64,000 nucleotides of DNA from Macrostomum lignano (GCA_002269645.1 NIVC01000886.1:186001-250000), one strand, 5' to 3'; numbered from the stretch's first letter, positions 27,133 through 42,400 are shown. Numbers and translations: made by a program. The notes: generated by a model from the letters alone, not told the origin.

Positions 27133-28014
27133 CATTTCTACAGCCGGACCTCACCGTCACGCAAATTCAAATCCCGAGTAGTTTTTTCAACATAAAAATT
27201 CACTCAATATTTTTCAGACGCACATCACGCGATACGCGAGCTTGAATTTAAAAAATGAGCATTGACAAATTGACAGAATCCGAGCTGCTGGTCCCCGGTC
27301 CCGCCTGAGGAGCAGACAGAATATTGAGCAGTTAAATATTGCCCAAGCAAGCATCGATGGGCAGCGCTCATCCTGTCAAAACTGAACTCCTCTCTAAAAC
27401 CATAATCGTTAAGATAACAAGACCGAAGCGGTGCCCGGAGAAAGAACATTACTTTAACATTGGACATCGTTGAGCTGATTACTATATCAGGAGAGCCGAG
27501 CTCTGAGATGGATAATGCCTCAGGACTGGGATTTGCTCAACGATCAGCCCCCCCCCCCGGATGAAAATGAAGGGGGGAGAATTTCTGGGGAGATTTTCAC
27601 TTTTGAGAACGGCTGCTCAGAGGCCGTTGGTAGCATTTCTAAACTTCTCGGCTGTCTCATCCTCTGAGTGGGGGGGGGGGAAGATGAAGGAATTAATGGC
27701 TGAACTGAGGAGCATGGGGGAGTCTCGCGCATAAAAACTGCAATCTGTCGTTCTGTTCTCTTTCTCGCTATGCATTCCATTATCCCCGCTCGGCCCAATC
27801 TCCACCGCGTGATCAGGCCATGCCGAGATCTGGGCCTGGCATTCATTCGATCATTTCCAATTTTCTAGGCAGATATGAATCTCGGGGTCCGAAGCTGAGG
27901 CTGCCGCTCTGGCCTGGTGCAGAGAGTGACTGAGACGGATTGGATCGTCACTTTATTTTTGTACTTTTCCTTTCAGAGGCTCGACGCATGATACTTCAGC
28001 TTCTTTGGTTGTTT

Positions 28015-28335
28015 GTTTTCAAGGTCATGGAGTAAGGTGGGTGAAATTTAAAGAGTGTAGAGATTTCCCTGTAGCCTGTTAATGAACTGAATTGTCTGTA
28101 CACTGTTTTCAAGGTCATGGAGTGAGGTGGGTAAAATGTACAGTGTGTGGAGATTTCTCGGTAGCCTGTTAATGAACAGAATTGCATGCACGCTGTTTTC
28201 AAGGTCATGCAGTGAGGTTGGTGAAGTGTACATTCAGTGGAGATTTCCACGCAGTCTGTAAATGTTATCAGGAAATTTGTGTACGCCGTTTTCAAGGTCG
28301 CACGAGGTGAGGTGGTTGATTTTCAAGGTCAAGGA
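28015..28335. repeat. Diverged 90-bp tandem repeat (about 3.5 copies)
   Basis: ttttcaaggtc anchors with aaggtc at 28021, 28111, 28201 and 28294; the intervening sequence aligns with mismatches. Confidence 0.85.
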
Positions 28336-29149
28336 AATAGGGTTGACGGGGTCTTCTCCTAAGCTCGTGCATGACTTGAAACACTGTACAATCAGCCAGT
28401 TAGGCTTCTGATGTACATGCTTGGATGTGTTCAAAGATTTTTAGACTGCTCTCAGCAGCGTCTGTTTGAACCAATCAGAATCCTTTTAACTGCCATCCAA
28501 AAGCCAAAAACTCAACTGATGCATGAAAGAAACAGCCAGACAGACAAATTCTGTGTCCAGCTATCTTTGATACATTTTGGACTCAAGCATTAGTAGGTTT
28601 TCCTGCCCGCGATGTTAGCCTTTTATCCGTTTTAGCTTGCTGTCATTCTTTTGATAATTATATGCAATGTAAAAGCAAAAAACAGTAGAGAGGTTTCAGC
28701 AGAGCAGCAGTGGCGGGAATCTCAACAAGGTTCGATAATCGATAGACAGAATAATTTTCTTTTGCTTCTCAGAGCCGAGCCGGAGGGTAAGGGAGCTGAT
28801 CCCTGTGTGTAGTTAACCAATATAGTTTCTAGTTTTTTGTATGAGCAGGGAAATGCTAGTAGAGCCTGTGACCTGCCTACGCTATAAAGTGCGTGTCCAA
28901 TCTAATATTATTGTTACGATTTGCGGTGTGACGATATTTGGCTTAGCTGCTAGTGCAATAGGAGTATGAGTCTAGCTGAGATCGCTAGATTGCTATAGTT
29001 TGCATCCAGAGTTATTTACCAGTAGTTCAGGGATTGTAGGATTACCTATGAGACAATGATCTAAAAAAGTAGATAAGGCGCTTTATCAATATCTGGCTGG
29101 TCGACCACGATTTTTTCTTCCCTAGCATGCATGAGGGAAGAGAGGCAAG

Positions 29150-29805
29150 AAGAGACTGGGAGGGACTGGGAGAGACTGGGAGAGACTAGGAGAGACTGAG
29201 AGAGACTGGGAGAGACTGGGAGAGACAGGGAGAGACTGGGAGAGACAGGGAGAGACTGGGAGAGAAAGGGAGAGACTAAGAGACACAGGGAGACACAGGG
29301 AGACACAGGGAGAGACTGGGAGAGACAGGGAGAGACTGGGAGAGACTGGGAGAGACTGGGAAAGACTGGGAGACACAGGGAGACACAGGGAGAGACTGGG
29401 AGAGACAGGGAGAGACTGCGAGACACAGGGAGACACAGGGAGAGACTGGGAGAGACTGGGAGAATCTGGGAGAGACTGGGAGAGACTGGGAGAGACTGGG
29501 AGAGACTGGGAGAGACTGGGAGAGACTGGGAGACACAGGGAGACACAGGGGGAGACTGGGAGAGACAGGGAGAGACTGGGAGAGACTGGGAGAGACTGGG
29601 AAAGACTGGGAGACACAGGGAGACACAGGGAGAGACTGGGAGAGACAGGGAGAGACTGCGAGACACAGGGAGACACAGGGAGAGACTGGGAGAGACTGGG
29701 AGACACAGGGAGACACAGGGGGAGACTGGGAGAGACTGGGGGAGAAAGGGAGAGACTGGGAGAGACTGGGAGAGACTGGGAGAGAAAGGGAGACACGGGG
29801 AGACA
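29150..29805. repeat. 10-bp GGGAGA(G/C)AC(T/A) array
   Basis: Direct reading; includes an internal 240-bp block duplication. Confidence 0.95.
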
Positions 29806-30444
29806 GACAGTCAGACAGTGTCATGCACACACAGTCAGCACATGCAGGCTAGGTCATCTACCCACACGCATGATATCATAACTGGGTAAACTGATTTTCC
29901 AGAAGCTACTGAAATGAAGCGAGGGGTTTAGAGGAGATGATGAGCGGAGAGGAGAAGAGGAGAGAGAGAGAGAGAGAGAGGGGGAACGAGAGAGGCTCCT
30001 GGGAAGCGCTGAAGCAGTGTGGTTGGGTCACTTGAAATCAGTGTGTACTCACTATATGCACAACAGCCTCTAACCAACCTTCTTGGCTCTCCGGCTCTCG
30101 CATCTTCTTCACGTCTTTTTTTGTTGCCAACAGGGCAAACTGTTTCTAACGAAAAAATATGCACGAACAGGCATATAACACAAAGAATATATGCATATAC
30201 ACGCGAAACTTCCTATAGACCCGATGTCCAGCCACTTGTCGCAGCTGGGGTTAAACATGACACACTGCAGCTGGCAACTGGGACCGGCGTGGAGATTTCC
30301 AGATTCGTCTCCGCCTCCTCCAATCGCCGATCTGTCCCGCGAGCTTTAGTTGCTAGCCGAAAGCAGGAGGGAAGAAAGTTAAAAAGCAGCCCAAGGGCCC
30401 TCGCTCGGACAGTCTGTAACCGGACAAGTCGGACGGACACAAAA

Positions 30445-31957
30445 ATGTCTGGCTACTGGAACAAATTCGGCCAGGTGTTCCGCGCCACCAAGGCGCTCTC
30501 GTCGGCGTCGTTGAACCTGTTCGATGACGGAGCGGAAGATGGCGAGGATGGCATCGCCGGGAGCAGCGGCGACGGGGGTGCCAGCGAACCGCTGCCAGAC
30601 CTCGGCGGCATCACCGGCTGGATCGCCAAGCGCGCCTCGGTGGTGCTCAGCGACTGGGATCTCAACAGTGACGACGAAGACTACGACGAATCGGATGATA
30701 ACGAAGTCCGCAACGCCGACAGTCGAATCCCGTTCGAGATTCCCAGCCTGCGGAACGCCAGACAGGCTGGCAAGCTGCGCAGTCTGGAGGACCGGCTGCG
30801 AGACGGCGCCGCAGCCAGCGTCGCTGCATCCGCCGCTGCCGCCGCTGCCGCCGCCGCCGCCGCCTCCGCCACCTCAGCAGCTCCATCAGCTTCAACAGCC
30901 GCCTCAGCATCCGCTAGCATGGGCAGCAGCCCGACCCCGAGTCCGGCGCACCTGTCCCGCAGGCAGCAGCCAGCCAGACAACCGTCTCAGCGAGGCTCTT
31001 CGTTGAGGGAGACAAGTCGAAGACCGCTGCACTCTGTGCCGCCTCCGCTGCCGCCGCCGCCTCAGCTGCCGCCGCCGCCACAGCAACTTCAAAAATTAGA
31101 AGCTTCTAAAGCTTATGAGGCTCAAAGCCAGAAGCATGAACACCAGGCTCAGCCTGCGAATCAATCGTTACCATCGACTCAGCAACAGGAATGCACAGCT
31201 CAGCCACTTCAACCACCAACTCAGCAACCGGAGCCTATGACTCAGCAAAGTCAATCTCCAGCTCAAAAAACTGAGTCTCCTAGTCAGAAACTTCAAAAAC
31301 CCACTCAGCAATCTCCTCCGACTTCGCTACCGCAATCTCCGGTTCATCAATCTCAACCATCGACTCAGCAATCTGAACCATCGACTCAGCAATCTGAACC
31401 ATCGACTCAGCAATCTGAACCATCGACTCAGCAACCTGAATCATCGACTCAGCAATTTAAAACAACAAATCAGCAAACTCTTCGAAATCAGCAACTTCCA
31501 CCGAATCAGCAACATCAACTATCAGCTCAGCAACCTCAACAATCGACTCAACAACTTCGAACACCAAATCAGCAGCCTCAACCTTCGACTCAGCAACCTG
31601 AACCACAGACTCAGCAACCTCAACCTTCGACTCAGCAAACTGAACCAAATACTCAGCAACCTCAACCTTCGACTCAGCAACCTGAACCACAGACTCAGCA
31701 ATCTCAACCTTCGACTCAGCAACCTGAACCACAGACTCAGCAACCTCAAACGCAGCCCAAAAAACCACCTCAGCAGCGCCCACTGCCGCCGCCGCCCCGA
31801 CCGCCCAGACCGGTCTCCAAGCCGTTAGTCTTTGCGGGAACTCCAGCAGCAGTTGTCAAGGAAACCAACTCTGAGAGGAAGAACTCCGACTCGCCTGTTT
31901 CCAATAAGGATGGAGGTTTTCATTCAAAGAATGAAGAGACTGGAAACTCATCAGATG
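30445..31957 (+). CDS. Large Q/P-rich alternative exon of the dystrophin gene (first exon from ATG 30445, or cassette exon from acceptor 30133)
   Basis: ATG in caaaaATG context, GC-rich coding-like codons (MSGYWNKFGQVFRATKALSS...), about 504 codons, donor G|GTCAGT at 31958 in phase 1, the same phase as E5. The frame is also open upstream to a strong phase-1 acceptor (tcttttttt gttgccaacag, 30133). Confidence 0.65.
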
Positions 31958-32007
31958 GTCAGTATGGGCGCTTCTGGTTTAGGGTAGCTTTAGAGTAGAT
32001 TTTTGGG

Positions 32008-32429
<422 letters not shown>

Positions 32430-33042
32430 TTCCGTTTTAAAATCTTTCTATTTTCTCACAGTGAACCCAGTGTCAAAGCAGCCAGTGAAGCTAAGTAACT
32501 TCATCCGCCAGGCAAAATCACACACCGATTCTCAAAGCAGTCTCAAGGCAGTTTGCTGCCAATTAGCAGGGGATTTGAGCTGGGGGTTGCCAGGCTGGGA
32601 GCATTAATTAGCCCAAATTCCGTTGCCAAGCCAAGTGGCATCCGTGCCGGTGCATCGCAGAATTGAATGCATTAAGATGGGCCAATATTCAAATCCCCTC
32701 CGTATAATGGGGAATTCAATTGGTTTGTTGTGAAGAAAATTTGCATGCAGATGGGTCGAAGCGCACGTAGTGTTATTCATATATATAGTGAGGCAGGAGT
32801 TCAATACTTCTAGCTGAGAGGCACTTTATAACCAATGGAAAACTTCATTGCTTTATTACTCTCAACAGAATATAAGTTTATTTATAAGAAACTTTATATA
32901 GAATTCTGATTTTATATAGGGTAAATTTAGATTTGTACTTTTACTTTTTAGATTTAGAAACTGTAACTTAGTCTGTTTTTTCTTCAATTAATGTTATACA
33001 TATATATTATATATTGTATCTTTGTAAATTTAGGTATATTGG

Positions 33043-33442
33043 GAGACACAAGGACACATACGGAAACACAGGGAGAGACAGGGAGAAACAGGGAGACACA
33101 GGGAGACACAGGGAGACACAGGGAGACACAGGGAGACACAGGGAGACACAGGGAGACACAGGGAGACACAGGGAGACACAGGGAGACACAGGGAGACACA
33201 GGGAGACACAGGGAGACACAGGGAGACACAGGGAGACACAGGGAGACACAGGGAGACACAGTGAGACACAGGGAGACACAGGGAGACACAGGGAGACACA
33301 GGGAGACACAGGGAGACACAGGGAGACACAGGGAGACACAGGGAGACACAGGGAGACACAGGGAGACACAGGGAGACACAGGGAGACACAGGGAGACACA
33401 GGGAGACACAGGGAGACACAGGGAGACACAGGGAGACGGGGA
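33043..33442. repeat. (CAGGGAGACA)n 10-bp array
   Basis: Near-perfect; the unit also occurs as a variant in the 29150 array. Confidence 0.95.
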
Positions 33443-34119
33443 GACAGTAGATTAGTTGCCAGGCGCATGCAAGCTGTCGATTTTGTCACCTTAAGAGTTG
33501 GCGGATGGGAACGGCAGATCGATGCCCCATCTCCCCAAGCTTCAGCGCACACGGCTATTGTCGGCTAAAAGCCAAGTAAGGAAAAATTCAGAAAATGAAG
33601 TTAGGAAAAAGGGAAGGAAGGAAGTTAAGGCGGAGACTGACTGCATCGTCGGGTGTCATCATCAAAAATACCTGTGCTAAGCTAGCTGTTTTCCTGGGAA
33701 TTGGGATATATTGTCAGGACTTGGGCTTATCCTATATAGCTAGCATGCATGCTGTTAAAAGTTTATATCGAAGCAGAGCAGGGAAATGATTGATTGTATC
33801 CCCGATCTCAGTGGCTGGTAGGCTTTCGGTCTCTGTACTTTAATATGAGTAGTTAGTTATAGGTTTGGCTCTGGGCTTCCTGCTTTCTTAGAAGGCAAAC
33901 TACTTGGGTCTCTGAGAGTCAACCGCTGGGGCTTTGAGGACACTCCCTGTGTGAGATGCTAATTTTGAGCTGGAGGAATTCCAGTTATAAGTATAGACTT
34001 AGTATTGTAGTAATATGGGTGTACTTGGCAGTGTGCAGAGGCGGCTCTGGATAAAAGTCAGGGACTGCTCAGAAGATAAATGTGTGACTATTCAGTGAAT
34101 AAGTCTGGGACTATTGAGA

Positions 34120-34700
34120 GGAAAAATTTAGGACTATTTAGTTGAGAAAGCTGGGACTATTTAGTTGAGAAATCTGGGACTATTTAGTTGAGAAATCTGG
34201 GACTATTTAGTTGAGAAAGCTGGGACTATTTAGTTGAGAAATCTGGGACTATTTAGTTGAGAAATCTGGGACTATTTAGTTGAGAAATCTGGGACTATTT
34301 AGTGAAGAAATCTGGGACTATTTAGTATGGATATCTGGGACTACTTACTAGAGAAACCTGGGACTGTTTAGTTGAGAAATCTGGGACTATTTAGTTGAGA
34401 AATCTGGGACTATTTAGTGAAGAAATCTGGGACTATTTTGTATGGATATCTGGGACTACTTACTAGAGAAACCTGGGACTGTTTAGTTGAGAAATCTGGG
34501 ACTATTTAGTTGAGAAATCTGGGACTATTTAGTGAAGAAATCTGGGACTATTTAGCAATGAAATCTGGGACTATTTAGTAGAGAATCTGGGACTATTTAG
34601 TATAGAAATCTGGGACTATTTAGTATGGATATCTGGGACTACTTACTAGAGAAACCTGGGACTGTTTAGTAAAAAGACCTGGGACTATTTAGTAAAGAAT
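34120..34700. repeat. 23-bp minisatellite
   Basis: Unit ctgggactatttagttgagaaat. Confidence 0.95.
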
Positions 34701-35044
34701 AATAATAATTTGGTCTTGTTTGTCTACTTAGGTGAGTAGTAAGCTAAGCAATATATTGCGGTTATTTTTTCATTTTCCACTCAAAACAGGAAGCTGGTTA
34801 AATCTCTTGAAATTCGCTAGCAACAATGAAAGCTTTGACTCGAAAATTTTTTTAAGAGCCACTTCAAAGAAAATATTTATTAAACATTTTTCAAGGATCA
34901 TTGATTCTTATTGTGGTTAGATTATTCCCAACTTTGAGTTCAATTCAGGTTGTGTATTGTGTAAATTCGAAAATATGGTCAAGTAGCGGCTTTTATTATA
35001 AATGGCCCATTCTAGCTTGAGATAAATTTTCAAGGGAAATATAG

Positions 35045-35505
35045 GTGGAGTTTCGGCGGTAATTCGGATATAGTTTGGGGGGAATTCTGGTGGAGTTTGG
35101 GGGAATTCTGGTGAAGTTCCGGGGGAATTCAGGTGAAGCTTTGGGAAAAATTCAGGTGGAGTTTCGGGAGAATTCAGGTAGAGTTTCGGGGGAATTCAGG
35201 TGGAGTTTCGGGGGAATTCAGGTGGAGTTTTGGGGGTGAATTCAGGTGGAGTTTCGGGGGAATTCAGGTGTAGTTTCGGGGGAATTCAGGTGGAGTTTCG
35301 GGCGGAATTCAGGTGGAGTTTCGGGCGGAATTCAGGTGGAGTTTCGGGGGAATTCAGTTGGAGTTTCGGGGAATTCAGGTGGAGTTTTGGGGAAATTCAG
35401 GGGAAGTTTCGGGGGAATTCAGGTGGAGTTTTGGGGGGAATTCAGGTGGAGTTTCGGGGGAATTAAGTTGGAGTTTCGGTGAATTTAGGTGGAGTTTTGG
35501 GGTGA
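35045..35505. repeat. 22-bp G-rich minisatellite
   Basis: Unit ggtggagtttcgggggaattca. Confidence 0.9.
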
Positions 35506-36149
35506 ATTTGAAAGCTTTGTATTCCTCATATTGATTTCATTTTCGGCACCACAACCTTCAAAAACCCGATTGGATCAATAGACAGGTTCAAAAGAATAGG
35601 AACGTTCTGAACCGTATTCGTTCATTTTTTCTACAATTCACGAGTGCTCAAGTTAAACAGGCCATCATAAAGCATTCTATACATGTAGCCTCATCTACCC
35701 TTCCCCCCAACCCCTGATGAGGCGGGAGCAGCCCAGCTTCCTGGGCGAAAGTTTCTTCGCATGGCTTCTTCGGTGAGGAAACAACCTCTAACGGAGCCTG
35801 CAGCCCGCCCCCAACCCAAACCCCATCGCCATCCATCTCGGGGCATAAGAAACACGAGGGGGGAGGCAGCCACAGTGTACAGGGCATGCCCTGGCTCAGT
35901 GCTGGAGTCGGGACGGAGGGCAGAGAGCCACACTGGCTCTCGCCCGCCCGCTAGCAAAATAATTCAAGGAGACCCGTATGGACCAAAATCTGGAGTGCAG
36001 ATTCTGCTGCCTCAGACCCTCAAATCCTAGTCAGTTAGTAGACACCTGCAGCATCTGCGCCCCCCCCCCTCGGGCAGTGGGCAACTCGGATTTACGGCAT
36101 TTTCGAAGAAGGTTGGACTTCACCGCTCCAATCCTCACTTCATTTCTCC

Positions 36150-37020
36150 AATATTCTCTCCTCTCTCCTCTATCCCCTCTCCTCTATCCCCTCTCCTTTC
36201 TCCCCCTTCTCTTTTCCCTATCCTACCTCTTCTCTCTTATTTCTTTTTTTCCTCTCCTCTCTCCTCTCTCTCCTCTCTTCTCTCTCCTCCCCTCTCTCTC
36301 TCTCTCCTCCTCCCCTCTCTCTCTCTCCTCTCCTCTCTTCCTTCTCTTCTCTCCTCTCTCTTCTCTCTCCTCTCCTCTCTCCCTTCTCTTCTCTCCCCTC
36401 TGCTCTTTCCTCTCTCATGTCTCCTGTCTCCTTTCTCCCCCTTCTCTCTTCACTCTCCTACATCTTCTCTCCTCTCTAATTTCTCTTTTTTCCTCTCCCC
36501 TATCATCTCTCTGATCTCCCCTCTTTTTTCTTCACTCTTTTCTCTTTTCTCCCATCTCCTCTCTCCTTTCTACCGTCTTCTCTCTTCCATCTCCCACCTC
36601 TTCTCTCCTCTCTCATTTCTCTTTTATCCTCTCTCCTCTCCTCTATCCCCTCTCCTCTCTCTCCTCTCCTCTCTCTCCTCTCCTCTCTCTCCTCTCCTCT
36701 CCTCTCCTCACTCTCCTCTCCTCTCTCTCCTCTCTTCTCTGTCCTCTCCTCTCCTCTCCTCACTCTCCTCTCCTCACTCTCCTCTCCTCTCCTCTCTCTC
36801 CTCTCCTCTCTCTCCTCTCCTCTCCTCTCTCTCTTCTCCTCTCTCTCCTCTCCTCTCCTCTCCTCACTCTCCTCTCCTCTCTCTCCTCTCTTCTCTGTCC
36901 TCCCCTCTCCTCTCTCTCCTCTCCTCTCTCTCCTCTCTTCTCTGTCCTCCCATCTCCTCCCTGTCCTCTCTCTCCTCTCTCCTCTCCCCTCTGCTCTTTC
37001 CTGTCTCCTGTCTCCTCTTT
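36150..37020. repeat. Polypyrimidine (CT-rich) array
   Basis: Degenerate (ctcct/ctct)n. Confidence 0.9.
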
Positions 37021-38052
37021 CCCGCACGTTTTCAATTTAAAATTTGCGCGCTCCACACTCAATCATTGACTTCTCACTTTTTCTTGCGTTTGTACCGGTG
37101 AGCACCTGCCTTTAAAATATTCGCGATCATATTAGCCCTGAAAAAGAGTATAAAATATTCGAAATAGAGTTTGGAGTTTGAGTGCTTTTCCCTTACTGCT
37201 CTCTCTTCTTAGGTACTAAATATGCTGGTTTAGACAGGTAGAGAACCTCTGAGCACCCGATTGATCTCAACAATCACAACAGTCTCGCCAATATTATAAA
37301 AAGTTTCCCACTCCAGATCTTTTTAGTTCACAGTCTGCTTGGCTCTTCCCCTTTTAGTTGTGGGCCCAAGCTTTTCCTCCTTACTCTCCCGTGCATCCCT
37401 CAGCACCCCCCCAACCTTCTTGTTCTCTCGTTCTCTCCCTAATCCGACTAAGGTCATGGATTTTTACTAGGATGAGAATTAATTATCTATCCGAATTGAA
37501 ACTTTACTTCATAGAATAATAAAAATAGCAAGCCTTTCCCTTTGTTTGAAATTATTAAACTTTTTAGAATTCAAACAATACAAATGAAAATTCAAAAATT
37601 CACCTGACTCGTCTTTAAACATGAATGTTTAATCATTTTTTCACTCCAGATTCCTTATTCTAGAGCTCCATGAGCACATTGGACATCCGAGGCCCAATAG
37701 GCCCATCCAACAACCTCTCTCCCACCTCCCCCCTCTCCCTCCGGCCTAAAAAAAAAAGCTTTTTCGCACATCTCCTTCAAGGCCGTTCCTTCACTGCGCT
37801 GCCTCAGATCCTTTAGTTAAATGCCATCGCCGCCTCCTTACCTCACTGGGGCATCCACTGATCTGAGTTGAGATAATACAGAGGTACAAAGCTACACCTT
37901 CTACCTGAGGTGTGAAATATTTTGAGTATTTGTGCCCTGCTGTGTTGCTTGTGTCTCTTCTGGCTGAATTGGTGAGTGCCTTCAGATCAGATTGCTTTAT
38001 TGAGGAATAGATGTGAAGAGATAGATAGATAGATAGCACAGTGAAGGATAGT

Positions 38053-39378
38053 AGAAAAAGGGAGATAGTAGACACAGAGAGGGAGATAGTAGACACAGAG
38101 AGGGAGATAGTAGACACAGAGAGAGATAGTAGACACAGAGAGGGAGATAGTAGACACAGAGAGGGAGATAGTAGACACAGAGAGGGAGATAGTAGACACA
38201 GAGAGGGAGATAGTAGACACAGAGAGGGAGATAGTAGACACAGAGAGGGAGATAGTAGACACAGAGAGGGAGATAGTAGACACGGAGAGGGGGATAGTAG
38301 ACACGGAGAGGGGGAGATAGTAGACACGGAGAGAGGGGGATAGTAGACACGGAGAGGGAGATAGTAGACACGGAGAGAGGGGGATAGTAGACACAGAGAG
38401 GGAAATAGTAGACACGGAGAGAGGGAGATAGTAGACACGGAGAGAGGGAGATCGTAGACACGGAGAGGGGGGGATAGTAGACACGGAGAGAGGGGGATAG
38501 TAGACACGGAGAGAGGGAGATAGTAGACACAGAGAGGGAGATAGTAGACACGGAGAGGGAGATAGTAGACACGGAGAGAGGGAGATAGTAGACACGGAGA
38601 GAGGGAGATCGTAGACACGGAGAGGGGGGGATAGTAGACACGGAGAGAGGGAGATAGTAGACACAGAGAGGGAGATAGTAGACACAGAGAGGGAGATAGT
38701 AGACACGGAGAGAGGGAGATAGTAGACACAGAGAGAGGGGGATAGTAGACACGGAGAGAGGGAGATAGTAGACACAGAGAGAGGGGGATAGTAGACATAG
38801 GTAGGGAGATAGTAGACACAGAGAGGGAGATAGTAGACACGGAGAGAGGGAGATAGTAGACACAGAGAGAGGGGGATAGTAGACACGGAGAGAGGGAGAT
38901 AGTAGACACAGAGAGAGGGGGATAGTAGACATAGGTAGGGAGATAGTAGACACAGAGAGAGGGGGATAGTAGACACAGAGAGGGAGATAGTAGACACAGA
39001 GAGGGAGATAGTAGACACAGAGAGGGAGATAGTAGACACAGAGAGGGAGATAGTAGACACAGAGAGGGAGATAGTAGACACAGAGAGGGAGATAGTAGAC
39101 ACAGAGAGGGAGATAGTAGACACAGAGAGGGAGATAGTAGACACGGAGAGAGGGAGATAGTAGACACAGAGAGGGAGATAGTAGACACAGATAGGGAGAT
39201 AGTAGACACAGAGAGGGAGATAGTAGACACAGAGAGGGAGATAGTAGACACAGAGAGGGAGATAGTAGACACAGAGAGGGAGATAGTAGACACAGAGAGA
39301 GATAGTAAACACAGAGAGGGAGATAGTAGACACGGAGAGGGAGATAGTAGACACGGAGAGAGGGAGATAGTAGACAGA
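38053..39378. repeat. 22-24-bp minisatellite
   Basis: Unit gag(ag)agggagatagtagacac(a/g). Confidence 0.95.
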
Positions 39379-39683
39379 GAGCGATACAATGGGCAGAGCA
39401 AAAGTGTAGGCTAGACAATATTTCATTAATTTCCATAAGAAAAGCTACCAGAGCCAATTTCGTTGTGTTGCAAAGTGAATTCCTGCCCGAACTTTCTGTT
39501 CGATCCGACGCCTCCCTGCGGTTTCTCTATGAGAGCTGAGTGCAGAAACTTCTCTGTAGAGCTGGTTTCTCTAAATTTATCTCTGAGTCCTCATTCATTA
39601 AGGATTGATTTGCTTCGCTGCCACTCAGTTTGGTCTACTTTTTCTATCCTAAAGTGCATAAACACTGGTCATATGTGGTGTCT

Positions 39684-41360
<1,677 letters not shown>

Positions 41361-41989
41361 CCAATCAGCCTCTTTAAATTATTAGCCCCAATAGTAGTCC
41401 CTAAGGCTATTACGTAATCGAAGGTGCTACGCAGATTAGCTCAGAGCTGTCAGGCTGCCACTTACGCAATCGTCGCAGTACTTGACCCCTGTAATCAGCT
41501 TTGTATTATGGCTCACAATGAATTTTATCCACTCTACCATATAGAAAGCATCTAATTTGTCTTGACAGAGCGCAAATGACTAACAAAACTTCTATTCAAT
41601 GAGCCAGCTCTTTCATTACCCACGCGAATAAAGTAAAATCTCTTTAGCTTTTCCCTGTGACCTGAGCTCCAGTTTTGGGAATATTTTCCAACCCTATAAC
41701 TATGACGGGTATTCTAAATGTAATCTCATTGCAATTTAGACGGGATGAAGAAGGGATTAGTGAAGAAAGGAGGCTCGAGGTTAGCTCAAAAAACCGTTTC
41801 TTTTGCGCAATGAAATGCACGAGTCGAGCGAGTTTGTCGACCGAAAGTTTTTGCTGAATCACGGCGCCCCTTTGACTCGCGAACCGTGTAGGAGTAATGA
41901 GTGAGGGCGCTGACTGAGAGGCCTGAGGCACGGTTACTGTGGGAGGTGGAGAGAGAAATACACTGATGGTGGAGATAATGGGTGAGAGA

Positions 41990-42400
41990 GAGAGGGAGAT
42001 AGAGAGGAGGAGAGAAGGAGAGGGAGAGAAGGAGAGGGAGAGAAGGAGAGGGAGAGAAGAAGAGGGAGAGAAGGAGAGGGAGAGAAGGAGAGGGAGAGAA
42101 GGAGAGGGAGAGAAGGAGAGGGAGAGAAGGAGAGGGAGAGAAGGAGAGGGAGAGGGAGATGGAGAGAAGGAGAGGGAGAGAAGGAGAGGGAGAGAAGGAG
42201 AGGGAGAGGGAAAGAATGAGAGGGAGAGAAGGAGAGGGAGAGAAGGAGAGGGAGAGGGAGAGAAGGAGAGGGAGAGAAGGAGAGGGAGAGAAGGAGAGGG
42301 AGAGGGAAAGAATGAGAGGGAGAGAGGGAGAGAGAGAGAAGGAGAGGGACGGGAAGAGAAGGAGAGGGAGAAGGAGAGGGAGAGGAGAGAAAGACGAAGA
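41990..42400. repeat. GA-rich 14-bp array
   Basis: Unit gagagggagagaag. Confidence 0.9.

Noticed and set aside
35640-36140. GC-richer island with several 79-89-aa ORFs
   Set aside because: No recognisable domain or consistent splice structure; possibly a decayed TE fragment, which I cannot support.
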